DNA of 64,000 nt from Bacillales bacterium UBA6120 (GCA_002422535.1 DIVY01000003.1:10523-74522), one strand, 5' to 3'; counted from the first letter of the stretch, positions 30,940-46,109 are shown. Numbers and translations are program-made. Notes: generated from the letters alone by a model not told the origin.

Positions 30940-31959
30940 AGATATACATGGCGTCTCCAAAGCTAAAAAAACGATATTCTTGTTCAATCGCGACCTTATA
31001 AGTTGAAAGAATCCTCTCGCGTCCGGCGAAAGCCGACATCATCATGATGAGGGTTGATTTAGGCAGGTGGAAATTGGTGATAATGGCGTCAATCGCTTTA
31101 AATTCATACCCGGGCGTAATGAAGATGTCGGTCTGTGTCCGTTCAGGTGTGAAATACCCCCATTTAGTCATATTAGCCTCAAGCGCACGCGTGGAAGTGG
31201 TGCCCACGGAAATGATGCGACGACCTTCCTGTTTTGCGGAATTTAACGCATTAGCCGTGCTATCGCTTATTTCATATTCTTCAAAATGCATCTTGTGATC
31301 AGTGATATCTTTGACTTTGACTGGGCGAAAAGTGGCGAGGCCAATATGGAGTGTTACATCAACAATGACAATCCCTTTTCTTTCTAATTTGGCCAGCAAA
31401 TCTTGGGTAAAATGAAACCCCGCCGTGGGACCGGCCACCGATCCGTTAATCGAAGCGTACACCGTTTGGTAGCGGTCTTTATCAATTAATTGCTCATGAA
31501 TATAGGGGGGAAGGGGCATTTCTCCAAGCGCTTCAAGGGCTTCAAGAAATATGCCGTCATAGGAGAATTTTAAAATTCTAATTCCTTCTTCTTTTATCTC
31601 AAGGCAAGTAGCTTTTAGTTTACCATTGCTAAAATCAATTATGGAACCTATTTTGATAACACGCGCGTTGCCAACGAGGCATTCATAAGTATCGGGTGCC
31701 ACTTGATGTAGTAATAACACTTCGACGTGAGCGCCAGTGCCGGCTTTTTGGCCAAATAAACGGGCCGGTATAACTTTGGTATTGTTCCTGACAAGCACAT
31801 CTCCTTGATGGAGATAATCGAAAATATCAAAAAAATGTTTATGCTCAATCGCCCCCGTCAGTTTATCGAGAACTAAAAGACGCGATTGATCGCGCTTTTC
31901 GGAAGGATGCTGGGCAATCAACTTTTCTGGTAACTCAAAATTAAATAAATTGATATCCA

Positions 31960-31960
<1 letters not shown>
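30929..31960 (-). CDS. queA: S-adenosylmethionine:tRNA ribosyltransferase-isomerase
   Basis: 343-aa QueA homolog ([19 protein letters not shown]..). Its ATG shares one nucleotide with the tgt stop (TAATG). Confidence 0.92.
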
Positions 31961-33596
<1,636 letters not shown>

Positions 33597-33600
33597 AATT

Positions 33601-33640
33601 CTCCTGGTTTTGATGAAGGTGGTTACCAGATAACACCTTC
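33601..33640 (-). promoter_or_regulatory. preQ1-I riboswitch (type 2-like) controlling queT translation
   Basis: Minus-strand RNA: GAAGGUG-UUAUCUGGUAAC-CACCUUC-AUCAAAACCAGGAG-AAUU-AUG. It has a 7-bp stem, a 12-nt loop ending in GUAAC, and an A-rich tail, closely resembling the T. tengcongensis preQ1-I aptamer (CUGGG-UCGCAGUAAC-CCCAG-UUAACAAAACAAGG). The loop CUGG can pair with the tail CCAG that overlaps the SD, which would occlude it through a pseudoknot. Confidence 0.55.
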
Positions 33641-33646
33641 GTGTTA

Positions 33647-33674
33647 ATTGTAGCCGTTTACGCCGATAAATCAA
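33647..33674 (-). promoter_or_regulatory. Promoter for the queT operon (-35 TTGATT, 16 nt, -10 TACAAT)
   Basis: The minus strand reads TTGATT-tatcggcgtaaacggc-TACAAT-taacac-G, with the riboswitch hairpin starting right there. Confidence 0.45.
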
Positions 33675-33834
33675 AACCTAATATTACGAAGTAACCGCAT
33701 TCAATAAATAACTATAATAATTTTGTAGTGTTCAAAGAATATTTCAGTTAGTATAATTTCAATAGGTAATAGCCTAGTTACGTAAACTGTCATCTTAAAA
33801 AATAGATTAAATATCAAACAAGGAGTTTTATTAA

Positions 33835-34704
33835 ATGAGTCAATTTTTAATTGCTGCTGATTCGTGTTCTGACTTACCACTCGACTTCGTAATTGAACAC
33901 GATATCACCATTATCCCCATGCTTTTTCATTTCAAACAAGAGGCATTTCTCAATTATCCAGACCAACGGGAAATAACCAATCGCGCCTTTTATGACCGTC
34001 TGCGCGACAAGCAAGTCGCTAAAACTTCACAAATAAATCCTAAAGATTTCATCGCCGCGATTGAACCATTTGTGAAAGAGGGAAATGATGTCCTGATAGT
34101 CACTCTTAGTAGTTTATTGTCGGGATCCTATAATTCCATGGTCATTGGTCGCCAAGAGTTGCTAGAAAAATATCCTGATCGAAAAATTATTATTGTCGAT
34201 TCATTGTTGGCCTCTTTAGGAGAAGGGTTTCTCATTTATCAAGCAGTGCTCGCTCGCAAAGAAGGAAAATCAATCGAAGAGACGGGGGCCTTTCTTGAAT
34301 CAATTAAGTTAAAAGATTGTGCCCTGTTCACTGTTGACGAATTGGGAACCTTGCAACGTGGTGGTCGCATTTCTTTGACTAAAGCCATTTTTGGCTCCTT
34401 TTTGAATATGAAACCGATTCTAAAAATTGATGATAGTGGAAGATTGGTTCCTTTTGCCAAAGCGCGCGGAAGAAAAAATGCCATCAGTATCTTGCTTGAA
34501 ACATTTGATAATAAACTCCAAGATGAACGCGCCGTTTTTATTTCGCACGCTGATAATCCCGACGAAGCCGAAAATGTCCGCAACGAAATTCTAAAACGGC
34601 ACCCCAACATCGGCACCATTGTCGTCGGTGAAATTGGTCCTGTCATCGGGGCTCACACTGGTCCCGGGACTATTGCTATCTTTTTCTTAGGCAACCAACG
34701 TTAA
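33835..34704 (+). CDS. DegV-family fatty-acid-binding protein (FakB-like)
   Basis: 289 aa with the DegV/EDD fold signature (IAADSCSDLP.., LSGSYNS..). A TATAAT sits at 33751-33756 upstream. Confidence 0.85.
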   Translation: MSQFLIAADSCSDLPLDFVIEHDITIIPMLFHFKQEAFLNYPDQREITNRAFYDRLRDKQVAKTSQINPKDFIAAIEPFVKEGNDVLIVTLSSLLSGSYNSMVIGRQELLEKYPDRKIIIVDSLLASLGEGFLIYQAVLARKEGKSIEETGAFLESIKLKDCALFTVDELGTLQRGGRISLTKAIFGSFLNMKPILKIDDSGRLVPFAKARGRKNAISILLETFDNKLQDERAVFISHADNPDEAENVRNEILKRHPNIGTIVVGEIGPVIGAHTGPGTIAIFFLGNQR

Positions 34705-34705
34705 T

Positions 34706-36133
34706 TTAACGTTTGCTAATTTCTTCTTTAACTAATTGGGAGGCGAGGCTAGGATTGGCTTTACCTCCCGTTTTTCTCATCACTTGACCGACAATATAAC
34801 CAAAGGCGCGATCTTTTCCTTGTTTATAATCGGCGATTGATTGGGAATTTTCATCAAGAATGGCATTTATTATCGGCAACAAGGTATCGCGATCCGATAA
34901 TTGTTGCATTCCCATTTTTTCAATGAGTACCAGCGGTCGTTCCTTTGTATTAAGCAAGGCAGCGAACACGTCACGGGCTTGTTTATTGCTGATTGTACCA
35001 TCATCGATTAAGCGCAATAATTCAGCCATGCGGTCACTATCAATTGGAAATAATTCCATATCGATCTGATGTTTGTTAAGATAAGCGCTAATTTCGCCAT
35101 TAAGCCAATTGGCTGCCATCTTTGCGGAGACTTTTAGCGATATGAGGGCATCAAAATATTGGCACATGGGAAGTGATGATATCAGGATGCTGGCGTCATA
35201 TTCGCTTAAACCAAGTTTTTCGACGTAACGGCGATATTTTGAATCGGCGAGTTCGGGGCAAGTCGCAATTGCATCGTTAATAAATTGTTCGCTCAGGGTA
35301 ATGGGAATTAGATTGGGCTCGATGAAATATTTATAATCGACAGCATCGGTTTTTAATCGCATCGCTACTGTTTCTTTTAATGCATCATCGTAACGCCTAG
35401 TTTCTTGGACGATTGGATTGCCCGAAAGCAAGACTTCACTTTGGCGCATGATTTCATAATCGACCGCTCTAGCGACATTGGAAATTGAATTGATGTTTTT
35501 TATCTCCACTTTAGTACCAAATTTTTGACTTCCGATTGGTCGTAGCGAAATATTGACATCGCAGCGAAGAGAGCCTTCTTCCATCTTTCCATTACTAACG
35601 CCTGTGAAGGTAACAATCGAGCGGATCCTATCAACATAATCAGCCGCCTCGAGACCGGTTCTAATCTCTGGTTCCGAAACTATTTCCACTAAAGGGATGC
35701 CGGCGCGATTGTAGTCGAGTAAGGTGCAATCATATAAATGATGTTGCATCGCCGTATCCTCTTCTAAATGTAGCCGCGTGATATTGATTCGTCTTTTACC
35801 AAGAGGCGTCTCCACAAATAGATAACCGTTTTTACCAATAGGACGATCGTTTTGCGTAATCTGAAATCCTTTGGGTAAGTCCGAATAAAAATAGTTTTTG
35901 CGGTCGAACCACAGTTCGCTATCAATATCCATATTAAGGGCGTGGCTTACGCGAATGGCATTTATGACCGCTTGCCGATTAACAGTGGGCATCGTGCCGG
36001 GATGGGCAAGATCGATGGGAAGCGTCGCGCTATTGGGGGCTTTCCCATAGGTAACAGGGGCGGGAGAAAACATTTTGCTTTTTGTTTTCATCTCCACATG
36101 TATTTCTAAACCGATGACTGCTTCAAAATTCAT
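34706..36133 (-). CDS. gatB: Asp-tRNA(Asn)/Glu-tRNA(Gln) amidotransferase subunit B
   Basis: 475 aa beginning MNFEAVIGLEIHVEMKTKSKMFS. Canonical GatB. Confidence 0.95.
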   Translation of the reverse strand: MNFEAVIGLEIHVEMKTKSKMFSPAPVTYGKAPNSATLPIDLAHPGTMPTVNRQAVINAIRVSHALNMDIDSELWFDRKNYFYSDLPKGFQITQNDRPIGKNGYLFVETPLGKRRINITRLHLEEDTAMQHHLYDCTLLDYNRAGIPLVEIVSEPEIRTGLEAADYVDRIRSIVTFTGVSNGKMEEGSLRCDVNISLRPIGSQKFGTKVEIKNINSISNVARAVDYEIMRQSEVLLSGNPIVQETRRYDDALKETVAMRLKTDAVDYKYFIEPNLIPITLSEQFINDAIATCPELADSKYRRYVEKLGLSEYDASILISSLPMCQYFDALISLKVSAKMAANWLNGEISAYLNKHQIDMELFPIDSDRMAELLRLIDDGTISNKQARDVFAALLNTKERPLVLIEKMGMQQLSDRDTLLPIINAILDENSQSIADYKQGKDRAFGYIVGQVMRKTGGKANPSLASQLVKEEISKR

Positions 36134-37596
36134 AGGGTCACCTCATGGGGCGCCATTAAATTTTTAAGTCCCGTCAATTTTTCAATTTCTAACGCAAAAC
36201 GCATTACTGTCGCTTCTTCAAACAAACGTCCCATTACTTGAAGCCCAAAGGGCAACCCCTGTTTGATTCCAATCGGCATGGTCAGGCTTGGTAAACCTGA
36301 AAAGTTGCCCAACACTAAATGATTATCAGCAATTAGGTATTCATCGGAAAGTTTATCGGTTTTGTCCTCAAATGAGGGGGCAATTGTCGGGGCCGCGGGA
36401 GTTAAAATCAAATCATAGCTGCCAAGTATTTTGTGTAATTCTTCAACAAGTAAACGACGCCCTTTTTGGGCTCTTAAAAATAACTTTTCTTGGTTTTCTT
36501 GCATCAATGCAAAACTACCAATAATAAAGCGACGCTTAATTAATTCTGAAAAGCCATTCGTCCGTGCCAAATTCATCGCGTCATTATATGTTTTTCCCCA
36601 ATAGGAAGGCCCGAATTTAACGCCATCTAAATTTGCATCGTTACTGGTGGCTTCCGCCGATGCAATCGTAATATAAATCGGGAAAATCGCTTCTAGCAAA
36701 TCTTTTCGCATATGAACGCGGTCAATCGCCATCCCTTGGGAACCTAGCCGATTGACGAGTTCATCAAACGCCTTAATGATGTCTGGACAATGCTTGGAAT
36801 TGTTAATTTCGCTGATGATAGCCACTTTTAACCCCGTTGCCGGTTTTTGCAGCAATGCATGGTAAGGAACAACTTCATAGAGGCTTGAAGTACTGTCTTG
36901 TTCATCGCGGCCAGCGAGGGCTTCAAGCACCAAAGCTGTATCTTCAATCGAGCGAGTGAAAAAACCCACATGATCAAGCGAGGGAGCAAACGGAAAAACG
37001 CCAAAGCGACTAATGCGTCCCCATGTTGGCTTCATGCCCACAAGCCCGGAATAAGCGGCTGGTTTTCTCACTGAATCACCGGTGTCAGAACCAAGCGCCA
37101 ATGGTACGATTCCAGCTGAAACTGACGCTGCACTACCGCAACTTGAACCGCCAATCATCCGCTTGTGCGTGGGATCAAAGGGATTGAAAGTGGTCCCTAA
37201 ATGTCCAGTCGTGCCCGTGCCACCCATCGCTAGTTCATCAAGGGTGGTCTTGCCAATCAAAATGGCTTTTTTGTTTTTTAATTTTTGAATCACGGTGGCA
37301 TCAAATAGCGGAATAAACCCATTTAAAATATTGCTGCTGGCTGTCGTTGGGATATCCTTGGTGGAGAAATTGTCTTTGGCAACAAAGGGGATGCCCCAAA
37401 GGAAGTTTTCGGTTTCGCATTCGCCTAACTTATTTGCCTCATCAATCGCTTCAACTTCGGCAATGTATTCAAATGCATTATCACAATTAGCCTTGGCGCG
37501 CCTAATTGCCTCAAAAACCAATTGTGATGGTGTCACTTTTTTAGCGATATATGCCTCGTGAATCTCCCGAATTGTTAAATCTAGATACGACATCAT
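36130..37596 (-). CDS. gatA: Glutamyl-tRNA(Gln) amidotransferase subunit A
   Basis: 488-aa amidase-signature protein (GGSSCGSAASV). It overlaps gatB and gatC by 4 nt each. Confidence 0.95.
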   Translation of the reverse strand: MMSYLDLTIREIHEAYIAKKVTPSQLVFEAIRRAKANCDNAFEYIAEVEAIDEANKLGECETENFLWGIPFVAKDNFSTKDIPTTASSNILNGFIPLFDATVIQKLKNKKAILIGKTTLDELAMGGTGTTGHLGTTFNPFDPTHKRMIGGSSCGSAASVSAGIVPLALGSDTGDSVRKPAAYSGLVGMKPTWGRISRFGVFPFAPSLDHVGFFTRSIEDTALVLEALAGRDEQDSTSSLYEVVPYHALLQKPATGLKVAIISEINNSKHCPDIIKAFDELVNRLGSQGMAIDRVHMRKDLLEAIFPIYITIASAEATSNDANLDGVKFGPSYWGKTYNDAMNLARTNGFSELIKRRFIIGSFALMQENQEKLFLRAQKGRRLLVEELHKILGSYDLILTPAAPTIAPSFEDKTDKLSDEYLIADNHLVLGNFSGLPSLTMPIGIKQGLPFGLQVMGRLFEEATVMRFALEIEKLTGLKNLMAPHEVTL

Positions 37597-37889
37597 CCAA
37601 TCACCTTGGGTACCTTAATTTGATTATCTTCAACATATGTTGCGTTCTTAAGGATTTCCTTAGTGGGCGTGGGATTAAGCGCCACATCGTCCCGAAGGTA
37701 ATCTGTTTTGGTGTCGTATGGAAATGTCATTGGCGCGACATTATCTAAGTCGGGTATTTTTCCAATCAAATCCATTTGACATAGTAAAATATCGAACTCA
37801 CTAGTCAACACTTCATATTGTTCGTCAGTCATATCGAACAATAGATTTGAAGCCGCTTTTTTTAACACTGCTTTTGTTATTTTTGTCAT
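37593..37889 (-). CDS. gatC: Glutamyl-tRNA(Gln) amidotransferase subunit C
   Basis: 98-aa GatC. Confidence 0.9.
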   Translation of the reverse strand: MTKITKAVLKKAASNLLFDMTDEQYEVLTSEFDILLCQMDLIGKIPDLDNVAPMTFPYDTKTDYLRDDVALNPTPTKEILKNATYVEDNQIKVPKVIG

Positions 37890-37929
37890 TCAAAAAACCT
37901 CAAATTTACTATTTTCAATGATACCATTG

Positions 37930-42098
<4,169 letters not shown>

Positions 42099-42173
42099 AG
42101 CCGGCCTTTCGCGCTTGTATTAGTGTTTATATTTTACCATATTGAGGCCGGTTTTGGTATCTATCCGTGCCCC

Positions 42174-42596
42174 TTATGAAAGACAGCTATAATAATCTTT
42201 GATTTTGGATACTCCCACAATTTGCCTGATAACACATTGATTACGCACACATAAAATAATGGGATATCCAGGGATTACAATGTCATCTTGCTGGCAAACC
42301 TGATCGTTTCTATCGCTTTGATGCCCAAACGAAATTTCACTTGTGGCCTCAACAAAAAAAATGATACTGTCGCTTGAAAGAGCAAGACTAATCATCAATG
42401 GTTTTAACTCATTGCAATACCCGCATGATGGGGAATAAATATAGACATCATACGACGCGTGAGGCTGTTGGAGGATGGCAAAATAGGCGATGTGTAAATC
42501 GAATACATCCCTATAATCATTTAATTTGGGTAGCTGGCCACTATCTTGGAAAAGACTTGTGATGACAAATAATATTAAACTGATTTTTTTCATCAT
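42174..42596 (-). CDS. Secreted thioredoxin-fold protein with a CxxC (CGYC) active site
   Basis: 140 aa with an N-terminal signal-peptide-like hydrophobic segment (MMKKISLILFVITSLF) and the motif YSPSCGYCNELKP. It reads as a thioredoxin-like family protein. Confidence 0.6.
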   Translation of the reverse strand: MMKKISLILFVITSLFQDSGQLPKLNDYRDVFDLHIAYFAILQQPHASYDVYIYSPSCGYCNELKPLMISLALSSDSIIFFVEATSEISFGHQSDRNDQVCQQDDIVIPGYPIILCVRNQCVIRQIVGVSKIKDYYSCLS

Positions 42597-42654
42597 TTAT
42601 TAATAGGTCAGACGCTGAATAAATAGTTGCTTTTGTTAATATCATGATACGATA

Positions 42655-43578
42655 TTGATGATTATGAAACGTGCCACACCAATTAATACAATTACTTATA
42701 TGGCTCTAATGGCAGCCTTGAATATTTTGTTTGCCCTGCTCGCTTCGTTTGTCCCCCTCGCCGGATTGTTTTTGGTCATCGCCTTACCACTTACAAGCGC
42801 TTTAGTTGCCATTAACTGCGACATTCGCTACTACCCCATCTATTTTGTGGCAACATTAGGGTTGAGCCTTCTTGTGACGATGCAACAAATAGAAACGACG
42901 ATCTTCTACATTTTTCCTTCGCTAATCCTTGGGCTAGCGTTTGGTTGGCTCATTAAGATTAAAGGTCATGATATATTAATTCTTATCATCACTAGCATTG
43001 TCCAATTGGCATTGCTTTATGTGACCATCTGGCTCATTAACGGCTTGTTCCAAATCGACTTTTTAAATTCACTTAAGCTTGTGCTCCATTTAGACGCCGA
43101 GTTGCACATCAATACAATTATGCCGGCCATTTTATATGTCATCAGTTTGGCACAAACCACGCTCACATATATCGTCATTAGTCCTGAGATAAATAAGATG
43201 GCCATTAAACACCAACCAAACGCGTTCTTGAACATTTATGTCTATCTCGCGGCGCTTCTTCTATCCTTAATCATCGTCCCGCTGGGACTTTGGATACCAT
43301 CAATAAGTTATATGTTGCTTGGTCCCTTGTTTATGGTTACGGGCACATCTTTGTATGAGTTTATCCAACAGCAAAAATTTAAACCGCTCATCATTGCGTC
43401 GGGTTGGCTTATCATCACTACCTTTCTAGTAGCGATACTATTTCCGCTTCTTGATCCCGTCGTGAGCATTCTCCTTGTAACAATGTTCCCATTTGGAGTC
43501 ATCATTTTAAGAATCATTGATTTCTATTTGCCTAAGTTTATCACTCGCTATAAAATGAAACCACGAGGAAGACAATGA
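42655..43578 (+). CDS. Hypothetical polytopic membrane protein (~8 TM)
   Basis: 307 aa, highly hydrophobic, with no recognisable family motif. First gene of three overlapping genes. Confidence 0.55.
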   Translation: MMIMKRATPINTITYMALMAALNILFALLASFVPLAGLFLVIALPLTSALVAINCDIRYYPIYFVATLGLSLLVTMQQIETTIFYIFPSLILGLAFGWLIKIKGHDILILIITSIVQLALLYVTIWLINGLFQIDFLNSLKLVLHLDAELHINTIMPAILYVISLAQTTLTYIVISPEINKMAIKHQPNAFLNIYVYLAALLLSLIIVPLGLWIPSISYMLLGPLFMVTGTSLYEFIQQQKFKPLIIASGWLIITTFLVAILFPLLDPVVSILLVTMFPFGVIILRIIDFYLPKFITRYKMKPRGRQ

Positions 43579-43832
43579 TCCAGTTTTTCAAAATCATCTT
43601 ATCTGGACTGCTATACATTGTGATTAGTCCCTTTATTGCTGTCGTTTTAGCCCTTTTTCTCGTATATGGCTTGCTGATTTTTGTATTTCTAACTTTAAAA
43701 TCCGTTGTTCTATTCTTTAGTGGGCGCACGATTTTTTCCGATTATCCCGAGGATATCGCAGCTAAGAAAATTCTAGGCCAAATTAAAGCTAAAACGCCAC
43801 TGCCGCCAAGTAACGAGGTAACCCCACAATGA
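43575..43832 (+). CDS. Hypothetical small membrane protein (2 TM)
   Basis: 85 aa. Its ATG overlaps the upstream stop (ATGA). Confidence 0.5.
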   Translation: MIQFFKIILSGLLYIVISPFIAVVLALFLVYGLLIFVFLTLKSVVLFFSGRTIFSDYPEDIAAKKILGQIKAKTPLPPSNEVTPQ

Positions 43833-44470
43833 TTAACCTCATCAGCCTTAGCGAAAAAGAACAACGCTTATTAATCATTTTATTCATTTTGCTTGTGGCT
43901 GTTTTAGCCCTGGCTGGTCTTATTGGGTCTCTCGTTAAGAAAATCATGGCCTTTCAAGCCCGCAAAGTCGACGAAGGCATGAGTTATCTCGTAACGACAA
44001 AAGTCATCAAGGATGAAAAGCATTTTCGCTATATCGCTAGAAAGAAAAATCATCGGTTGGTATTCGCTCAGTTTTTAATTCCGCTGCTGCTCATCGGCCT
44101 TGATATTTTATTCATGTATTTATATATCTTGATAACCGATGATCGCGCTATCCTTAATGAACTGCTAAGTTATGATGGTCGTGGCATGGGAACGCTCTTC
44201 TTCGTGTTTGATTGGGCGAACATTCCGACAGCGACTTTCTTTGGATTAACTTTGCCAAGCGATTGGCCGTCGCTTCTAAACACCCCTTACTTTGTCTTAG
44301 AGGCCTGGCCGAGCTATATCTTTGTGACATTAGGGGCCATTGCTTCCTTATGGCTTTTAATTGCCACTCAAGCATTCATTGCCCGTTCGTGGCGCATTTA
44401 CAGCAAGAGTCGGACGATCTTCATTAAAAGCCTTGATACCATTAACGGACTCGATCAAATTACCCCATAA
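43829..44470 (+). CDS. Hypothetical membrane protein (~4-5 TM)
   Basis: 213 aa. Its ATG overlaps the upstream stop (ATGA). Third gene of the putative operon. Confidence 0.55.
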   Translation: MINLISLSEKEQRLLIILFILLVAVLALAGLIGSLVKKIMAFQARKVDEGMSYLVTTKVIKDEKHFRYIARKKNHRLVFAQFLIPLLLIGLDILFMYLYILITDDRAILNELLSYDGRGMGTLFFVFDWANIPTATFFGLTLPSDWPSLLNTPYFVLEAWPSYIFVTLGAIASLWLLIATQAFIARSWRIYSKSRTIFIKSLDTINGLDQITP

Positions 44471-44496
44471 AAAAGAAAACTAATGGTTTCTTTAGT

Positions 44497-44652
44497 TTAT
44501 AAGCTAGAAATTTTGGCAATTATTTCGTAAATAACGAAACCCAAAAATGCCATATCGATAAATATTAGAAGGCCATTAATGCGCCGCTGCGAACGTTTTT
44601 GTCGTTCCAATTCGAGCAGGTCAGGATCAAGCGGTTCGGGATTATATCTCAT
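44497..44652 (-). CDS. Candidate small membrane protein (51 aa) downstream of asnS
   Basis: Hand translation: MRYNPEPLDPDLLELERQKRSQRRINGLLIFIDMAFLGFVIYEIIAKISSL. It has a charged N-terminal half and a C-terminal TM helix. The ATG lies 8 nt after the asnS stop, with a weak SD (AGGAA). Not in the ORF track (shorter than 60 aa). Confidence 0.3.
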   Translation of the reverse strand: MRYNPEPLDPDLLELERQKRSQRRINGLLIFIDMAFLGFVIYEIIAKISSL

Positions 44653-44660
44653 GATGATTC

Positions 44661-46043
44661 CTAGTACTTAAGCGAACCGGGGTTGCGCGGATATGGTTGT
44701 GTGTCGCGAATATTGGTAATGCCCGTCATATACATTAATAAACGGTCAAACCCAATGCCAAAACCAGCATGAGGCGCGCCACCATATTTTCTTAAATCAA
44801 GATACCATTCCAACCCTTCGCGATTACCAAGCGCTTCCATGCGTTCCGCTAACAAATCAAAGCGTTCTTCCCGTTGCGATCCGCCAACGAGTTCTCCCAC
44901 TTGTGGCACAAGCAAATCGCAAGCGGCCACCGTTTTTCCATCATCGTTTAGGCGCATATAAAACGCCTTGATTTCTTTTGGATAATCCGTCAAGAAAAGC
45001 GGACCTTTAATAATTTTTTCTGTTAAGTATCGTTCGTGTTCGCTTTGAAGGTCCATACCCCAACTAATCGAGGAATTTTCAAATTGATGTCCCGCGGTGA
45101 CGGCTTGTTGCAATCGTGAAATGGCTTCGGTATAAGTCATCCGTTTAAATTTAGCTTTTAATAGCGAGGATAAACGTTCCATCAATGTCGTATCGATCAT
45201 CGCGTTGAAAAATTCCATCTCATCGGGGCATTTTTCAAAAACATATTCAATACAGAAGCGAATGCAATCCTCAATCAGCTCCATGTCGTCGTTTAAATCC
45301 GCGAAGGCGATTTCTGGTTCAACCATCCAAAATTCGCAAGAATGACGCGGGGTGTTGCTATATTCCGCTCTAAAGGTTGGGCCAAACGTATATACATTTC
45401 GAAAAGTTAAGGCAAATGGTTCCACGTGCAATTGGCCGCTAACGGTTAAGACGCCGGTCTTACCAAAGAAGGCTTCGGGTTTTTTCTCATCGACCATGAC
45501 CTTGAATACTTGCCCGGCTCCTTCAGCATCATTGCCGGTAATAATCGGGGTATGTACATAAATAAAGCCACGGCCTTGGAAAAATTCATGAATGGCCATT
45601 GATAAAACGCTACGAACGCGATTTACGGCCGTAAACGTATTGGTCCGTGGTCTTAGATGAGCAATCTCGCGCAAAAACTCAAACCCATGACGTTTCTTTT
45701 GAAGCGGATAATCGTCGGCGCATGCTCCCACTAATTCGCACGATGTTAAATGAAGTTCGAAAGGTTGCTTCATCTCGGGTGTGAGTCGTAATATTCCGAT
45801 GACTCCAATCGACGTGCCATTCCCAAATTTTGTAATATTTTCAAATTGATCTAGCTGATCGCGCGAATAAACGATTTGTAGGTTTTTAAAAAAGGTTCCA
45901 TCATTAAGTTCAATAAAACCGACGCTGCCATTATTGCGATTTGTTCTCACCCAACCAAAAAAGGCGATTAGTTCATCATTTTGTTGCAGTTTGTTTGCTC
46001 GCGCTAGTTTATACAAGTGGGCAATCGTCATTGATGTTGGCAT
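44661..46043 (-). CDS. asnS: Asparagine--tRNA ligase
   Basis: Class II aaRS (AsnS-type) with an OB-fold N-domain. The probable start is the ATG at 46043 (MPTSMTIAHLYK) with SD AAAGGAG 5 nt upstream. The ORF-track TTG at 46061 lies upstream of the SD. Confidence 0.93.
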   Translation of the reverse strand: MPTSMTIAHLYKLARANKLQQNDELIAFFGWVRTNRNNGSVGFIELNDGTFFKNLQIVYSRDQLDQFENITKFGNGTSIGVIGILRLTPEMKQPFELHLTSCELVGACADDYPLQKKRHGFEFLREIAHLRPRTNTFTAVNRVRSVLSMAIHEFFQGRGFIYVHTPIITGNDAEGAGQVFKVMVDEKKPEAFFGKTGVLTVSGQLHVEPFALTFRNVYTFGPTFRAEYSNTPRHSCEFWMVEPEIAFADLNDDMELIEDCIRFCIEYVFEKCPDEMEFFNAMIDTTLMERLSSLLKAKFKRMTYTEAISRLQQAVTAGHQFENSSISWGMDLQSEHERYLTEKIIKGPLFLTDYPKEIKAFYMRLNDDGKTVAACDLLVPQVGELVGGSQREERFDLLAERMEALGNREGLEWYLDLRKYGGAPHAGFGIGFDRLLMYMTGITNIRDTQPYPRNPGSLKY

Positions 46044-46109
46044 AGTGGCTCCTTTAAACAAGTATTACTTTATAAATATATACCGAATGGGGACTAACGA
46101 CAAACGGCT

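Noticed and set aside
33597-33674. N-terminal 26 residues of the ORF-track queT ORF (MIYRRKRLQLTRRCYLVTTFIKTRRI)
   Set aside because: This segment is the translation of the preQ1 riboswitch and promoter. An SD (AGGAG) immediately precedes the internal ATG at 33596, where the hydrophobic QueT body starts.
34698-34712. Apparent palindrome CGTTAATTTAACG at the degV/gatB junction as a protein-binding site
   Set aside because: It is not a true palindrome (the centre is TTT, not its own complement). It is simply two closely spaced opposing stop codons.
42099-42173. Inverted repeat CCGGCC...GGCCGG between the thioredoxin-like gene and pcrA as a terminator
   Set aside because: The arms are separated by a loop of about 40 nt and the 3' arm is followed by the pcrA SD and start, not a U-run. 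It is unlikely to be an intrinsic terminator and more likely forms part of the pcrA 5' UTR.
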